64,000 nucleotides of DNA from Eledone cirrhosa (taxonomy: Eukaryota). Of the stretch, positions 1 through 11,384 are shown in pieces. The notes beneath the pieces are model-generated. The model searched no databases and had not been told where the DNA came from. It saw only the letters and a list, made by a program, of their open reading frames with translations. Numbering within the stretch: position 1 is the first letter of the stretch; each line of letters begins with the position of its first letter. A program made the position numbers and the translations under genes. The stretch spans positions 338,458,001 through 338,522,000 of the forward strand of contig OZ024742.1 of NCBI GenBank assembly GCA_964016885.1, read 5' to 3'.

Positions 1-535
1 AACAATGTAAGTAAACAAGAGAAATAATGTCAAGCAAAAAATTGTAAAAGCAGAGCATTAATATAGAAATTAAATGTTAGAGAAAGCAATACCAAATTCT
101 TGAACAAATATATTTAATGGCTGACAATTGTTTCGGAAATCATATCAACGCCCTCTGGTGATTATTTTTATTATATGTTTTTATTATTATTATTTTTATT
201 ATAAGTTGAGCCAACTTATGCAGCTTCATATGCAAATGAGATTAACCACCTCATTTTCACAGACGAGAAAGCTATATATTCTCGCCTGTCTTCTAGTCCA
301 GCAATCGCAGGCGGTGGGAGGGACCGTCGTCCTGACGAAGGCCAGTTAAGCCTGAAATGCATAGAGGGTTGTCCCCCTTGCTTCTGCTGGATATCACCAG
401 TGGGCGTCCCCCCCCCCCCCCCCCCGATGTTTGCATAGCTATGGCTTCCTAAAACCGTATTTCCTTGGAGATATGAAAATATTTATACATATTGTATAAT
501 GCTATGCTTGAAGCGAAATCCTATTTCTCTTTTAT
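1..535 (+). mobile_element. Possible Penelope-like element remnant (pseudo-LTR carrying the hammerhead)
   Basis: Minimal hammerheads with palindromic stem III are typical of Penelope-like elements; upstream KLNVRESNTKFLNKY only weakly resembles a GIY-YIG C-terminus. Confidence 0.35.
316..379 (+). ncRNA. Minimal type I hammerhead ribozyme motif
   Basis: CTGACGA (332-338), stem II AGGC/GCCT (339-342/350-353), GAAA (354-357), palindromic ATGCAT (357-362), predicted cleavage after A363; stem I pairs 316-331 with 364-379 (3 mismatches, several G-U). Confidence 0.7.
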
Positions 536-540
536 ATATA

Positions 541-1230
541 TGAACGGCAAAGCATAAACGAACTAAGGAATAAATTAGAGATAAGAGGGATCAGATGTTG
601 TTTACTCGAGAGAAGGCTACGTTGGTATGGACACGTGATGCGCATGAAAGTCGATAGCTGTATAACAAAGTGCAGGGCAATAAAGATAGACGGTAGTCAC
701 GGAATAGGCAGACCTAGAAAAACCTGGGACGAGCTGATAAACTCCGACATCACACACTTACACCTCTCCAAGACAATGTCACTGGACCGAGACCTTTGGC
801 GGTACTCAGTAACAGAGAAGACCCGCCTTACCTAAATATATAGTAAAACATACTCCAGCCAGTAGGCATCTCTAACAAATACACCCCGTCCCACCACCCC
901 CACCCGATCCACACCACCCCGTTCTATGTAAAGTTATGTTGGTGCCGCGCCATCGAGGCCGAAACAAATGAGATCGTGTAGGTATCACGACAAAAAAACA
1001 CACAGTCCACGCTGTAATGTGGCCGTGTAGGCAACACGGTAAAAACCTCCCAGACCCACACTGTAAATGTGGTTGGTGTTAGGAAGGGCATCCAACTGTA
1101 GACAACCTGCCAGACAGTCCTATGCGAGCAAGACAATCACTCTTGCCTCAAGTGGGACTACCCCCGTCCAAACCCATGCAAGCGTGGAACACGGACGTTA
1201 AACGCTGATGATGATGATGATGATGATGAT
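541..1230 (+). mobile_element. RTE-clade LINE 3' fragment
   Basis: RLRWYGHVMRM...GRPRKTW C-terminus, family 3' UTR and (GAT)n tail at 1206-1230. Confidence 0.85.
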
Positions 1231-1299
1231 ATATATGTATACGTGTGTGTGTTTGTAATATATATATATATCATTAAATTAGAAGAAAAGTTGAAAACA

Positions 1300-3162
1300 A
1301 AATGTTGTTTAAATGTCTAAAAGCTGATATCAATGTTGAGTATTGCAGCTCTGTCAAAGCAATACTATATGTCACAAAATATATCAACAAGGGCAGTGAC
1401 GTGGCTATCTTTGTTATTGACAAGGAACGCAATGATGGTTGTCTAGTTGAGGTCAAACAGTATCAGACAGGTCAATACATCTCCGGCAATGGAGTTATCT
1501 GGCAGATCTTGGCATTTGATATCCATTTACGCCATCCAACAGTGGTCAACTTTGCAGTGCATCTAGAAAATGGACATAGTGTATTTCACTGACATCACTG
1601 TTGGCACAAGCACCACCTGACACTACTCTAACTGCTTTTTTTAAACTCTGCCAGAATGATGAATTTGTTTGATCCCTCCTATATGCTGACATACCAACAT
1701 TACTACACCTGGAATTGAAGGAAGCAGAGTCATTTAGTGGAAGGTCATGAAGTCAAGGCGAGTGATGCTATTGGGCATGTTTACACTGGCGACCCCAACA
1801 ACAGAGAGTGTTTTTATTTACGGCTACTTATGCATATTGGACCAACATCATTTCAGGATCTCAGGTGCTTTGGAGGAAGAGTGTGCGCAAGATACCAAGA
1901 AGCATGTAAAGAGCATGGACTCCTGCATGACAATGGACATTGGAAGAAAAGCCTAGAAGTAGCAGCAGACACTTGAGTAACCAGTCAAATAAGATAGTTG
2001 CTTGCTACTATACTCACAGCATGTGGAATTAATAAAGCTCATCTACATTGGCAGGAGTACAAAAACAATATGTTGGATGGCTATTTACACCTTGCCCAAG
2101 ACATCATGGCAATATGTATTTGGAATATAGCTCCTGGATTTACAATTAAGTTCTTTCCGACCTGTCCCATTGAGATCAGGCAATGAATAGCACTGCGGGA
2201 TGCCAGAGCCAGATGAAGAAATGAAGGTAACACAAGAAGTTTTTCAGCCTGTAATTCCCCGTGGGACCTGAGCTGATTAGGTCAATGCTTGTCTGAAAAT
2301 ATTCTATCTCTGGCCCCACTTTCAGTGGTTGAGCCTTACTACCAATATACATGTGCACTTGACTGGTGATGAAGATGTCAGTGAGTTTGCCATCCAACTA
2401 CTTAAATTGGGAAATGGGCTTCTTGAAAAGCACTCCAATGACCAGATTTATTTGTCATTTGGCCATAACATTGAAACAGAACAAGAACTTATTGCCAGAG
2501 TGTTTCCAAACATTCAGATAAGATAATGTAATCCCAAATGTCTCTGGGAATGAGCAATCTGAACTTTGAAAAATGTTTATGTGAAAGAAATCAACAGAAG
2601 ACTGCTGGACATGTTACCGGGAGAGAAAAGATGCTACAGATCAGTTGACATAATCATCTCCCAAGACCAGATTGTAAACTATCCAATTGAATTTTTTTGA
2701 AGTCTTTAACTGGCAGGAATTACTCCACACAACCTGATACTGAAGCTTGGAGCATCAGTTATGTTACTTCGTAATCTGGATCCTCCAAAATTTTACAACG
2801 GCACAAAACTCATCATTAAAAATATGATGCCCAATGTCCTAGAAGTTGCAATCATGTCAAGAAAATTTGCTGGTGACACTTGTTTCATTCCCAGAATACC
2901 TCTGAAGGCAACTGATTTGCTATTTGAATTTCAAAGGCTTCAATTTCCTATCAGACTCAGTTTTGCCATGACCATCAATAAATCTCAAGGGCAATCATTG
3001 AAAATCATTGGGTTGAACGTGGCAGATCCTGCTTTTTTACATGGTCAGTTCTATGTTGGTACAACAAGGGTTGGAAACCCTGATTGTCTCTTCATTGTAG
3101 CACCATGGGGCAAAATCAAGAATGTTGTTTATCCAGAGGCTTTGGAATTAGCAACATGGTAA
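1300..3162 (+). mobile_element. Decayed Helitron Rep/Pif1-helicase fragment
   Basis: Rep motif INVEYCSSVKAILYVTKYINKGSD, RECFYLRLL, and Pif1 C-terminus MLLRNLDP...RLQFPIRLSFAMTINKSQGQSL; many stops, frameshifts and deletions. Confidence 0.9.
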
Positions 3163-3174
3163 ATCTTCATTAAA

Positions 3175-3510
3175 TCATCATCACTGTTAAACGTCCATCT
3201 TCCACGCTAGCATGGGCTGTCCCTTTGTGTGGGATCAGGTTGAGGGACCATGATTCGCTCTTTCAGAACTAATTTGGCTTGGTTTCTATGGCTCGCTGCC
3301 TTTCCTAACACCAACCACATTTACAGTGTGTACTGGGTGCTTTTTGCCATGTCACCTACACGACCACTTGCAGTTTGGACTGAGTGCTTTTTTTCGTGAC
3401 ACCTACACAACCAGTTTACATTGTGGACTGGGCTCTTGCTTTTGTCATGACACCTACATGACCAAGACAGTGGGGGGATCACTTTAAAGAGGAGGCTGAG
3501 AACTTGGGAG
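3175..3510 (-). mobile_element. RTE-family 3' UTR fragment
   Basis: (CAT)n + AACGTCCATCTTCCACGCTAGCATGGG is the reverse complement of the RTE tail seen at 1170-1230. Confidence 0.7.
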
Positions 3511-3514
3511 GAGT

Positions 3515-3590
3515 ATATATGTATCCTATATCAGTCATACTGTCATATATATTCCTAAATCTTCTTACCATGTATATATTACCATGACTG
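3515..3590. repeat. AT-rich intronic minisatellite (TATCAGTCATACTG family), short copy
   Basis: Same unit as 19040-19420, 33245-33890 and 53350-55030. Confidence 0.75.
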
Positions 3591-3647
3591 TAGTCAAGAC
3601 ACTTTTCTCTAATGACATAATGTGTCAGCATTGAAAATATCCCTAAT

Positions 3648-3674
3648 ATTTTATTCTCTCTTTATATATTTCAG
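3648..3674 (+). promoter_or_regulatory. Splice acceptor of ZNF copy 1 coding exon
   Basis: TTTTATTCTCTCTTTATATATTTCAG|ATTAT; conserved in paralogs (AG at 19507-19508, 33974-33975, 55120-55121). Confidence 0.75.
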
Positions 3675-3815
3675 ATTATCGGAAACTGTTTCTTTACAAC
3701 TGAAACATCTTCAGACTTTCACAAAGATAAAAGTTGAAGAAAATATTTTGTGAAATATTTCTGTTAAAAATTCAAGAAGAAAAGTAATTTTCTATTTTGT
3801 TGAAGAATATTTGAA

Positions 3816-5717
3816 ATGATGGAGAAAAAAGCATACCATTGTGTTACCTGTGGTCAATCTTTCCATTCTAATTCTTCTTTACGAAGCCATAAACGTATTC
3901 ACACTAGTAGAAGACAATTCCCCTGTGATATCTGTGGTAAAGCATGCTATGATAAATCAGGTTTAACTATACACAAACGTATTCACACTGGAGAAAAACC
4001 ATACCATTGTGATATCTGTGGTAAAACATTTTCTGTTAAATGTTCTTTAACTACACATAAACGTATTCATACAGGAGAGAAACCATACCATTGTGATATC
4101 TGTGGTAAAACCTTCTCGCTTAGCAGCTCCTTATCATCACATAAACTTAATCACACAGGTGAGAAACCATACCACTGTGATATTTGTGGTAAAGCATTCA
4201 CTATCAATAGTAATTTGGTGAAACATAAACGTATTCACACAGGAGAGGAATCACACTATTGTAAAATTTGTGGTAAATCATACTCTACAAATAGTAATTT
4301 AGTGGCCCATCAAGTTGTCCATACAGGAGAAAAACCATACCATTGTGATATTTGTGGTAATTCATTCACTAAAAAGGACCATTTAATTACACACAAGCGT
4401 ACCCACACAGGAGAACGACCATTTGAATGTGATATTTGTGGTAAAACATTTTCCAATAAAAACACTTTAACATACCATAAACATATTCATACGGGAGAAA
4501 AACCATACAAATGTGAGACATGTGGTAAGAGTTTTGCACTGAGTCAGTATTTATCTAACCACAAACTTACACATACAGGAGAGAAGCCATACCACTGTGA
4601 TATTTGTGGTAAAACATTCCCTCGAAATAGAGAGTTATCACTACACAAACGTATCCACACAGGCGAGAAGCCACACCACTGTGATATTTGTGGTAAAGCC
4701 TTCAGAATTTCTGGTCATTTAACTCAACACAAACGTACTCACACTGGAGAGAAACCATTTCATTGTGATGTCTGTGGTAAGTCATTCACTAATAGTTCTG
4801 CATTTGCCCAACACAAACATGTTCATACAGGAGATAAGCCATATCCCTGTGATATCTGTGGTAAAAACTTTTCTACTAGTAGTATTTTAACCAGACACAA
4901 ACGTATTCACACAGGAGAGAAGCCATACCATTGTGATATCTGTGGTAAAACATTCACCGACTCAAGTTCTGTTTCATCTCATAAACGTATTCATATTGGA
5001 CATACTGGAGAAAGACGACATCGTTGTAATATCTGTGGTAAAACGTTCACAGGAAGTAATTCTTTATCTGAACACGAAACTATTCACACAGGAGACAAGC
5101 CACACCAATGTGATATCTGTGGTAAAGCATTTTCTAGAAAAAATAATTTGTTGAGGCATAAACGTCTTCACACAGGAGAGAAACCACATCATTGTGACTT
5201 CTGTAGTAAGACCTTCTCTTTTAGTAGTAACTTGATAGAACACACTCGCACTCACACAGGAGAGAGACCACACCAATGTAAAATTTGTGGTAAATCATTC
5301 TCTAAATATTGTCATTTATGGAGCCATAAACGTATTCACACAGGAGAGAAACCGCATCACTGTGATATCTGTGGTAAGTCATTCTCATGTACTTCTTCTT
5401 TAGCCAAACACAAACCTATTCATACTGGAGATAAACCATACCCTTGTGATATCTGTGGTAAATACTATACTACTAATATTATTTTAACCAGACACAAACT
5501 TATTCACACAGGAGAGAAGCCATATCATTGTGTTATATGTGGTAAGACGTTCAGTAACCCAAGTTCTCTTTCATCTCATAAACATATTCATACTGGACAC
5601 ACTAAAGGAAGACGATATCATTGTAATATCTGTGACAAATCATTCTCTCAAAATAGTCATTTATTAAACCATAAACGTATTCACAAAGGTAATAAACCTA
5701 AAAAGACACTGAATTGA
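3816..5717 (+). CDS. Poly-C2H2 zinc finger protein, copy 1 (633 aa, 22 fingers, no visible effector domain)
   Basis: Uninterrupted ORF of Cx2C-x12-Hx3H repeats with TGEKPY linkers; AATAAA at 5722-5727. Confidence 0.95.
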   Translation: MMEKKAYHCVTCGQSFHSNSSLRSHKRIHTSRRQFPCDICGKACYDKSGLTIHKRIHTGEKPYHCDICGKTFSVKCSLTTHKRIHTGEKPYHCDICGKTFSLSSSLSSHKLNHTGEKPYHCDICGKAFTINSNLVKHKRIHTGEESHYCKICGKSYSTNSNLVAHQVVHTGEKPYHCDICGNSFTKKDHLITHKRTHTGERPFECDICGKTFSNKNTLTYHKHIHTGEKPYKCETCGKSFALSQYLSNHKLTHTGEKPYHCDICGKTFPRNRELSLHKRIHTGEKPHHCDICGKAFRISGHLTQHKRTHTGEKPFHCDVCGKSFTNSSAFAQHKHVHTGDKPYPCDICGKNFSTSSILTRHKRIHTGEKPYHCDICGKTFTDSSSVSSHKRIHIGHTGERRHRCNICGKTFTGSNSLSEHETIHTGDKPHQCDICGKAFSRKNNLLRHKRLHTGEKPHHCDFCSKTFSFSSNLIEHTRTHTGERPHQCKICGKSFSKYCHLWSHKRIHTGEKPHHCDICGKSFSCTSSLAKHKPIHTGDKPYPCDICGKYYTTNIILTRHKLIHTGEKPYHCVICGKTFSNPSSLSSHKHIHTGHTKGRRYHCNICDKSFSQNSHLLNHKRIHKGNKPKKTLN

Positions 5718-6156
5718 AAGGAATAAAGTGAACACACTCCAAACTCTGTCACAGACATGTTTTCACTTCTCTCTGCTTTTTCTACCACAACTCCAGTGGC
5801 CTCTGTTCCTCATAGGTGGCTACTTTTGTAATAACTCTACTGAAGTTCTCCTAACGTACTTAAGTCACATGTCACTTCCGATACTGCCTGCCAACACTAC
5901 TTACTTACACTGTATAATCAACATCATTTTCCATTGACTGTTCTATGCCGGCATGGGTTGGATGGGACTTTTTGAGGCAATGTTTTACAACTGGTTCCCT
6001 TCCTGATACCAATGTTACATTGACTTCCTATAACATACAGGGATATAGTCTATGTATTCTAAACTGGATACTCTAATTTTGTCACTGCTGTGTAATGTTT
6101 TTTGAATTTGAATATTTTCCACTTTGATGTAAAATGATAATAATAAAATATGCAGG

Positions 6157-7663
6157 CATAATAATTAAAAATGAAAGGCAGGCTGTATGATGCCTGCATA
6201 TGAACAGCAATGTTACATGGCAGTGAGACTTGGGCATTGTGTGGAGAGGATATACGCAGACTGGAGAGGAACGAAGCTTGCATGCTCCGTTGGATGTGTA
6301 ATATACATGAACGGCAAAGCATAAATGAACTAAGTGAGAAATTAGGAATAAGAGGGATCAGAGAAGACTACGTTGGTATAGTCACGTGATGCGCATGAAA
6401 GACGACAGCTGTATAAAAAAGTGCAGGGCGATCAAAATAGACGGTAGCCACGGAGTAGGCAGACCCAGAAAAACCTGGGACGACTTGATAAATTCCGCCC
6501 TCACACACTTACACCTCTCCAAGGTGGACCGAGATCTTTGGCGCTACACAGTAATACAGAAGACCCGCCTTGCCTAAGTACAAAGCGAAACCTACAGTCA
6601 GTAGGCACCTCTTAACCAAAATACACTCCCATCCCACTACCCCCACCCATCCACACCACCCCTTTCGATGTAAAGTTATGTCGTGTAGGTGTCACGACAA
6701 AAAAACACACAGTCCACGCTGTAATGTGGCCGTGTAGGTAACACAGTAAAAACCTCCCAGTCCACACTGTAAAAGTGGTTGGTGTTAGGAATTCTCCAAT
6801 TCTCCAATTCTCTTTGCCATAGCCATTGACTGGGTACTAAGAAGAGCGTCTAAAGACCAGGGTATATCTTGGGTGGGAGAGCAAAAGTTGTCTGACCTGG
6901 ACTTTGCGGACGATATTGTTGCACTTGCAGAGAGCACAGCTGACCTGCAAATCATTATGAACAATATCAATGTCGAAGCAGGAAGCTTAGGTCTCAATAT
7001 CAGTGCTAAGAAGACCAAAAGCATGTTATCTGGGACACACCCATCACCAACTAGTGTTTTCATTGAACGGGGAGGTGGAGATAGTGGACAACTTCACCTA
7101 CCTAGGAAGCTCCATTGACAATGGAGGCGCCATGGACAGTGAATTGCAATGTAGAATGGGAAAGGCTTCAGCAGCATTTAACCAGCTTGTCAAGATCTGG
7201 AAGAGCAGGAAGTTCACCCTCAAAACAAAGATGAGATTCTACAACAGCAACGTGCTGTCCATACTCTTGTATGGAAGTGAAACATGGCACCTTAAGACCA
7301 ACCAAGAGAAGAAGTTAGACGCATTCGATTCCAGGTGTCTGCGAAAGATCCTGGGGATTAAATGGAGTGACCATGTAACAAATCAGGAAGTCAGGAACTG
7401 CACCAACCAGCAGCTAGTCTCTTCTGCCATCTGCAAGCAACGCCTGGGCTGGTTTGGGCACGCTTTGAGACTGGCTGCTGACCGAACGCGGTGGAACACT
7501 ATGATTGCCTCATGCGTCGCAAGACGCGGGAGCTTCTGAGTCTGAGTTAGGAAGGGCAGACAGTCCTATACGAGCAAGACAACCAATCTTGCCTCAAGTG
7601 GGAAAATTCCCATCCAAATCCATGCTAGCGTGGAAGATGGACGTTTAAACATTGATGATGATG
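6157..7663 (+). mobile_element. 5'-truncated RTE LINE in 3' flank of copy 1
   Basis: AMLHGSETW...GRPRKTW, (GAT)n tail; TSD ATGCAGG at 6150-6156 and 7664-7670; empty site in paralogs at ~24002 and ~36587. Confidence 0.9.
6792..7545 (+). mobile_element. Second RTE-like LINE nested in the first
   Basis: DLDFADD, FTYLGS, LLYGSETW; (TCTGAG)n tail; TSD GTTAGGAA at 6784-6791 and 7546-7553. Confidence 0.9.
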
Positions 7664-7974
7664 ATGCAGGTATAGTTGTTACCACACTTGACAGTTTGTT
7701 GTTGTAGTCAATTCTAATCCAGTAGTTTTATAACAAACATATAATTAGTTGAATGACTACATGTGACACACATTCGTTGTTCCTCTTATACTATGACTCT
7801 ATTTAGCTGAGAACAATACTGCACACAGTCATGCAGTGATGTACCATATTAGGTGCAGCATAGCAGAAACTTGATTGAAGTTTTGATTCAAATGGAGTTG
7901 ATCTGGGTAAAGTGGGTTAAACCCAAGTATGTGGGTTTAGCCTGTTAGATAAGTTCTTGGCAAAACTACATTCA

Positions 7975-8420
7975 TCATTGTCATCATCATCACAGCTTAA
8001 CATCCATTTCCACACTAGCATGGGTTAGATGGCTTGTCCTGATATGAGACAAGTCAGATTAGATTACTGTTTCTTGCTCACACAACCATTTTTGGCTTGA
8101 TTTCTATAGCTGGATGCCTTTCCTACTGTGTGGACTGGACACTTTGTCGCATCATCAACACACCGACTGTACATGGTGTGCTGGGCGTTTATTGTCATCT
8201 ACTATCAACCCAACCACTTTACAGGACACTGTCCCCTGTGTCATGCCACTAACATGACAAGAATATAATGTGGACTTGGTGCCATGTGTTATGCCCTCAA
8301 TATTACCACATCACAGGGGCTGGAGCACCAGACACCCACATGGCATGTTACCAGACAACCACTCTGCAGAGAGGGTTAGGTGCTCTTTTGTCATGACACC
8401 AACATGAGCCCTTTACATGG
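7975..8420 (-). mobile_element. Old RTE-family 3' UTR
   Basis: (CAT)n + CATCCATTTCCACACTAGCATGGG, degenerate; paralogous to 61730-62235. Confidence 0.6.
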
Positions 8421-8840
8421 TGGAAGAAGGGCTTTCAGCCACCTCAGCAGCATTCTGGGAGAGTGTTCAGTTTTCCATACTTGTATTCAAACCTACTCAA
8501 TTTTGTTATTGATAAAAAAAACCCCAGAAATATGAAAGTATGTATTGAATTTATTTGTCACTCTAAGTTATAAAATATTATTTCAATCATCAGATGTTTT
8601 GTATTAACAAAAGAATGATCATAACAAGTGGAATCAGTAATGTGATGAACTACAAGTTTTTTTTGTTACAGATATATTGTTATAAGTTGAAATAAGCAAA
8701 GTCAGTGTGGAGATGTATAACCTGAAATATTTTGGACAGAATAAAGTGTATTTTTCTTTTAGTTCTCATTGAAAATCTTTATCATGTAATTAATGTGGAG
8801 TACGTATTCAGCAGTATCTAAGAAAAACAAGATACACTAG

Positions 8841-9103
8841 AAAAGGGAAGAAGAATCAATCACTGCAACAGATTTTATGGAGGGAAAAGGGAAGAAGAAT
8901 CAATCACTGCAACAGATTTTATGGAGGGAAAAGGGAAGAAGAATCAATCACTGCAACAGATTTTATGGAGGGAAAAGGGAAGAAGAATCAATCACTGCAA
9001 CAGATTTTATGGAGGGAAAAGGGAAGAAGAATCAATCACTGCAACAGATTTTATGGAGGGAAAAGGGAAGAAGAATCAATCACTGCAACAGATTTTATGG
9101 AGG
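8841..9103. repeat. 44-bp perfect tandem repeat, 6 copies
   Basis: AAAAGGGAAGAAGAATCAATCACTGCAACAGATTTTATGGAGGG repeated head to tail without spacers. Confidence 0.97.
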
Positions 9104-9104
9104 A

Positions 9105-9500
9105 AATCAGATGTGCAGAAGTCTCAACGGAGACCATTGCAAAGAAGAAGCATCGACCAGGCTACGGTATTTGACTATCTTCCTGTCCTCTGCATCCTAC
9201 AAGCTTCAAGACCGAGTCACTGCACGTCTCCTCCAAAATTAGGGATATGCCCCCTTGAAAGGGGAGAGGGTTAATCTGTCAGGTGCTTGCCATCACCACG
9301 GTTGAAGCCAGCTGGTTCCATTTGAAAGGAAATCGGCTGCACTGAGGCTCTTTGTGATGTCATTTAGAGCACCGTGATGGGGGAGCTGCATTAAGGCAGC
9401 AAGATAACGGGTGCAGACTAATCCGTCGACCACTGCTCCACAATGGCATCTGTGGCTCACATATGGATTCAAAAGTGCTGTGACACTCCAATGAGGGTAC
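9105..9500 (-). mobile_element. CRE-clade non-LTR retrotransposon fragment (zinc knuckle/RLE region)
   Basis: HRCHCGAVVD...HHGALNDI..SL..A...L.P.DGK.PD pattern across frames. Confidence 0.65.
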
Positions 9501-10014
9501 ACACCTCATTGAAAAAGGTAGCAGTTGATGAGGAAGACACCGAATGGAGTCAAGTACCACTGTTTAGTTGCGAGGCAGAACGTAGGCAGTTGAGACAGTG
9601 ATGTGTATGAAGAAGCTTGTAAATAGGAAAGACATAGAAACAGGCTAAGAAATGTGAGAAAGTAAGAGAATAAGCCATGAAAGCTTATGTGTTTCTGACC
9701 AACAAAAGCTAGCAGTAATTTAGGTGAGTGTTCTTGTACAGGGACTTGAAATACAAGATAGGCAGGCTGAATATGTGAATGTAGATGTGTGATAGAGTAA
9801 AATGTATTGCCAATACAGAGAGATATAGCTGGCAATACCGTCATTTATATTAGCTTGAATCAGGACACTTGCCAGAAATGAGTATTAACACAACAAATGA
9901 ATATATAAAAATAGCACAATGTCTGTACAGAGGAAATATAGAATATAAATCACTGAGTTGACATACCTGTGGAAAATATAGGTTAAAATATTGTCACACA
10001 TACACACAAATATA

Positions 10015-10200
10015 TGATTTCTACTCTTTGCACAAGGCCAGTAATTTGGGGGGATGGGAAAGTCGATTAAATTTACCCCAGTACGTTACTGGTGCTTTAT
10101 TTTATCGACCCCGTAAGGATGAAAGGCAAAGCTAACCTCGGCAGGATTTGGACTCGGACAGAAACTCTACAGTCTGAGTTCAAATCCCACCGAGGTTAAC
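10015..10200 (-). mobile_element. tRNA-derived SINE (family A) with short terminal inversion
   Basis: Reverse complement of GCCTTTCATCCTTACGGGGTCGATAAAATAAAG core; 10131-10159 folds back on 10172-10200. Confidence 0.75.
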
Positions 10201-10544
10201 ACAAATATATTATCGCTGCCACATGGACTCATTTAAATTCAATATCTCTTATCTCCATACTTATGTCATTGAATTTCTAGGGATTAGTGTCCGTATTGTG
10301 ATTAATAAAATATATCTATGGAGTGCTAATGTAATATTTGTAAGAAACCCTAGGCGTGAATGGGATTATAATGGTTTGCAATTTAGACAAGATCAACAAT
10401 TTTTAGAAGGAAGGGAAGTTGCTTACATTCACCTGGGAAGGATGAATTGTACTTCTTCGTCACATAATAGAGTTATATTTTATTCACAGTTGTATAAATA
10501 ACATTACAAATAAAAAAGGAAAAGAACAATAAAAAAAAAGAATC

Positions 10545-11094
10545 AACGCAGTCTACTTAACCAACAACGTAGGTGACTGGTTAAGAACCACAGTTGGAGC
10601 AAGACAAGGCTGTTTGCTCTCTCCAACTCTCTTCAATATCTTTTTAGATAGAATTATGATAGACGCACTGGAAGACTATGAAATGACAATCAGCATTGGC
10701 GGCAGGATTGTTATGAACTTATGTTTTGCCGACGACATAGATCGTCTAGCAGGGAAGGAAGAGGAGCTAGCCAACCTAGTGGAATGTCTTGACAAGACTC
10801 CTACCACATATGGCATGCAAACCACTGCAGAAAATACAAATGGCATCAGCACTGACATCAGAGTCTGCCGAGAAACTAGAATGCGTCAAGTTTCAAATAC
10901 TAGGGGGAAATAATTTCAGATGAAGTATCTAAACCTGAAGTACTTGTCAGGTCTGCTCAGACCACAGCAGCACTTACAAAACTTAAAACCATCTGTAATG
11001 ACAAGAACATAACTCTCAGCTCAAAGATCAGACTGATGTGCTATCTGGTCATGTCCATATTCTTGTATGCCTGTAAGTCTTGGACAATAACAGC
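10545..11094 (+). mobile_element. Decayed RTE (BovB-like) RT fragment
   Basis: GARQGCLLSPTLFNIFL, NLCFADD; shares lesions with 27640-28185. Confidence 0.85.
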
Positions 11095-11384
11095 AAATTC
11101 CACCGAGGTTAACATAAATATATTATCGCTGCCACATGGACTCATTTAAATTATCTCCATCTCCATACTTATGTCATTGAATTTCTAGGGATTAGTGTCC
11201 GTATTGTGATTAATAAAATATATCTATGGAGTGCTAATGTAATATTTGTAAGAAACCCTAGGCGTGAATGGGATTATAATGGTCTGCAATTTAGAGATCA
11301 ACAATTTTTAGAAGGAAGGGAAGTTGCTTACATTCACCTGGGAAGGATGAATTATACTTCTTCGTCACATAATAGAGTTATATT

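Noticed and set aside
4933-5276. Alternative-frame and antisense ORFs within ZNF genes and LINEs
   Set aside because: Shadows of repetitive codon structure.
8841-9103. CRISPR-like array and three overlapping repetitive ORFs
   Set aside because: No spacers, eukaryotic context; the ORFs are by-products of a 44-bp unit.
10223-10501. Repeated 92-aa ORF (also 11206-11406, 63701-63979)
   Set aside because: No domain; identity is explained by recent DNA duplication.
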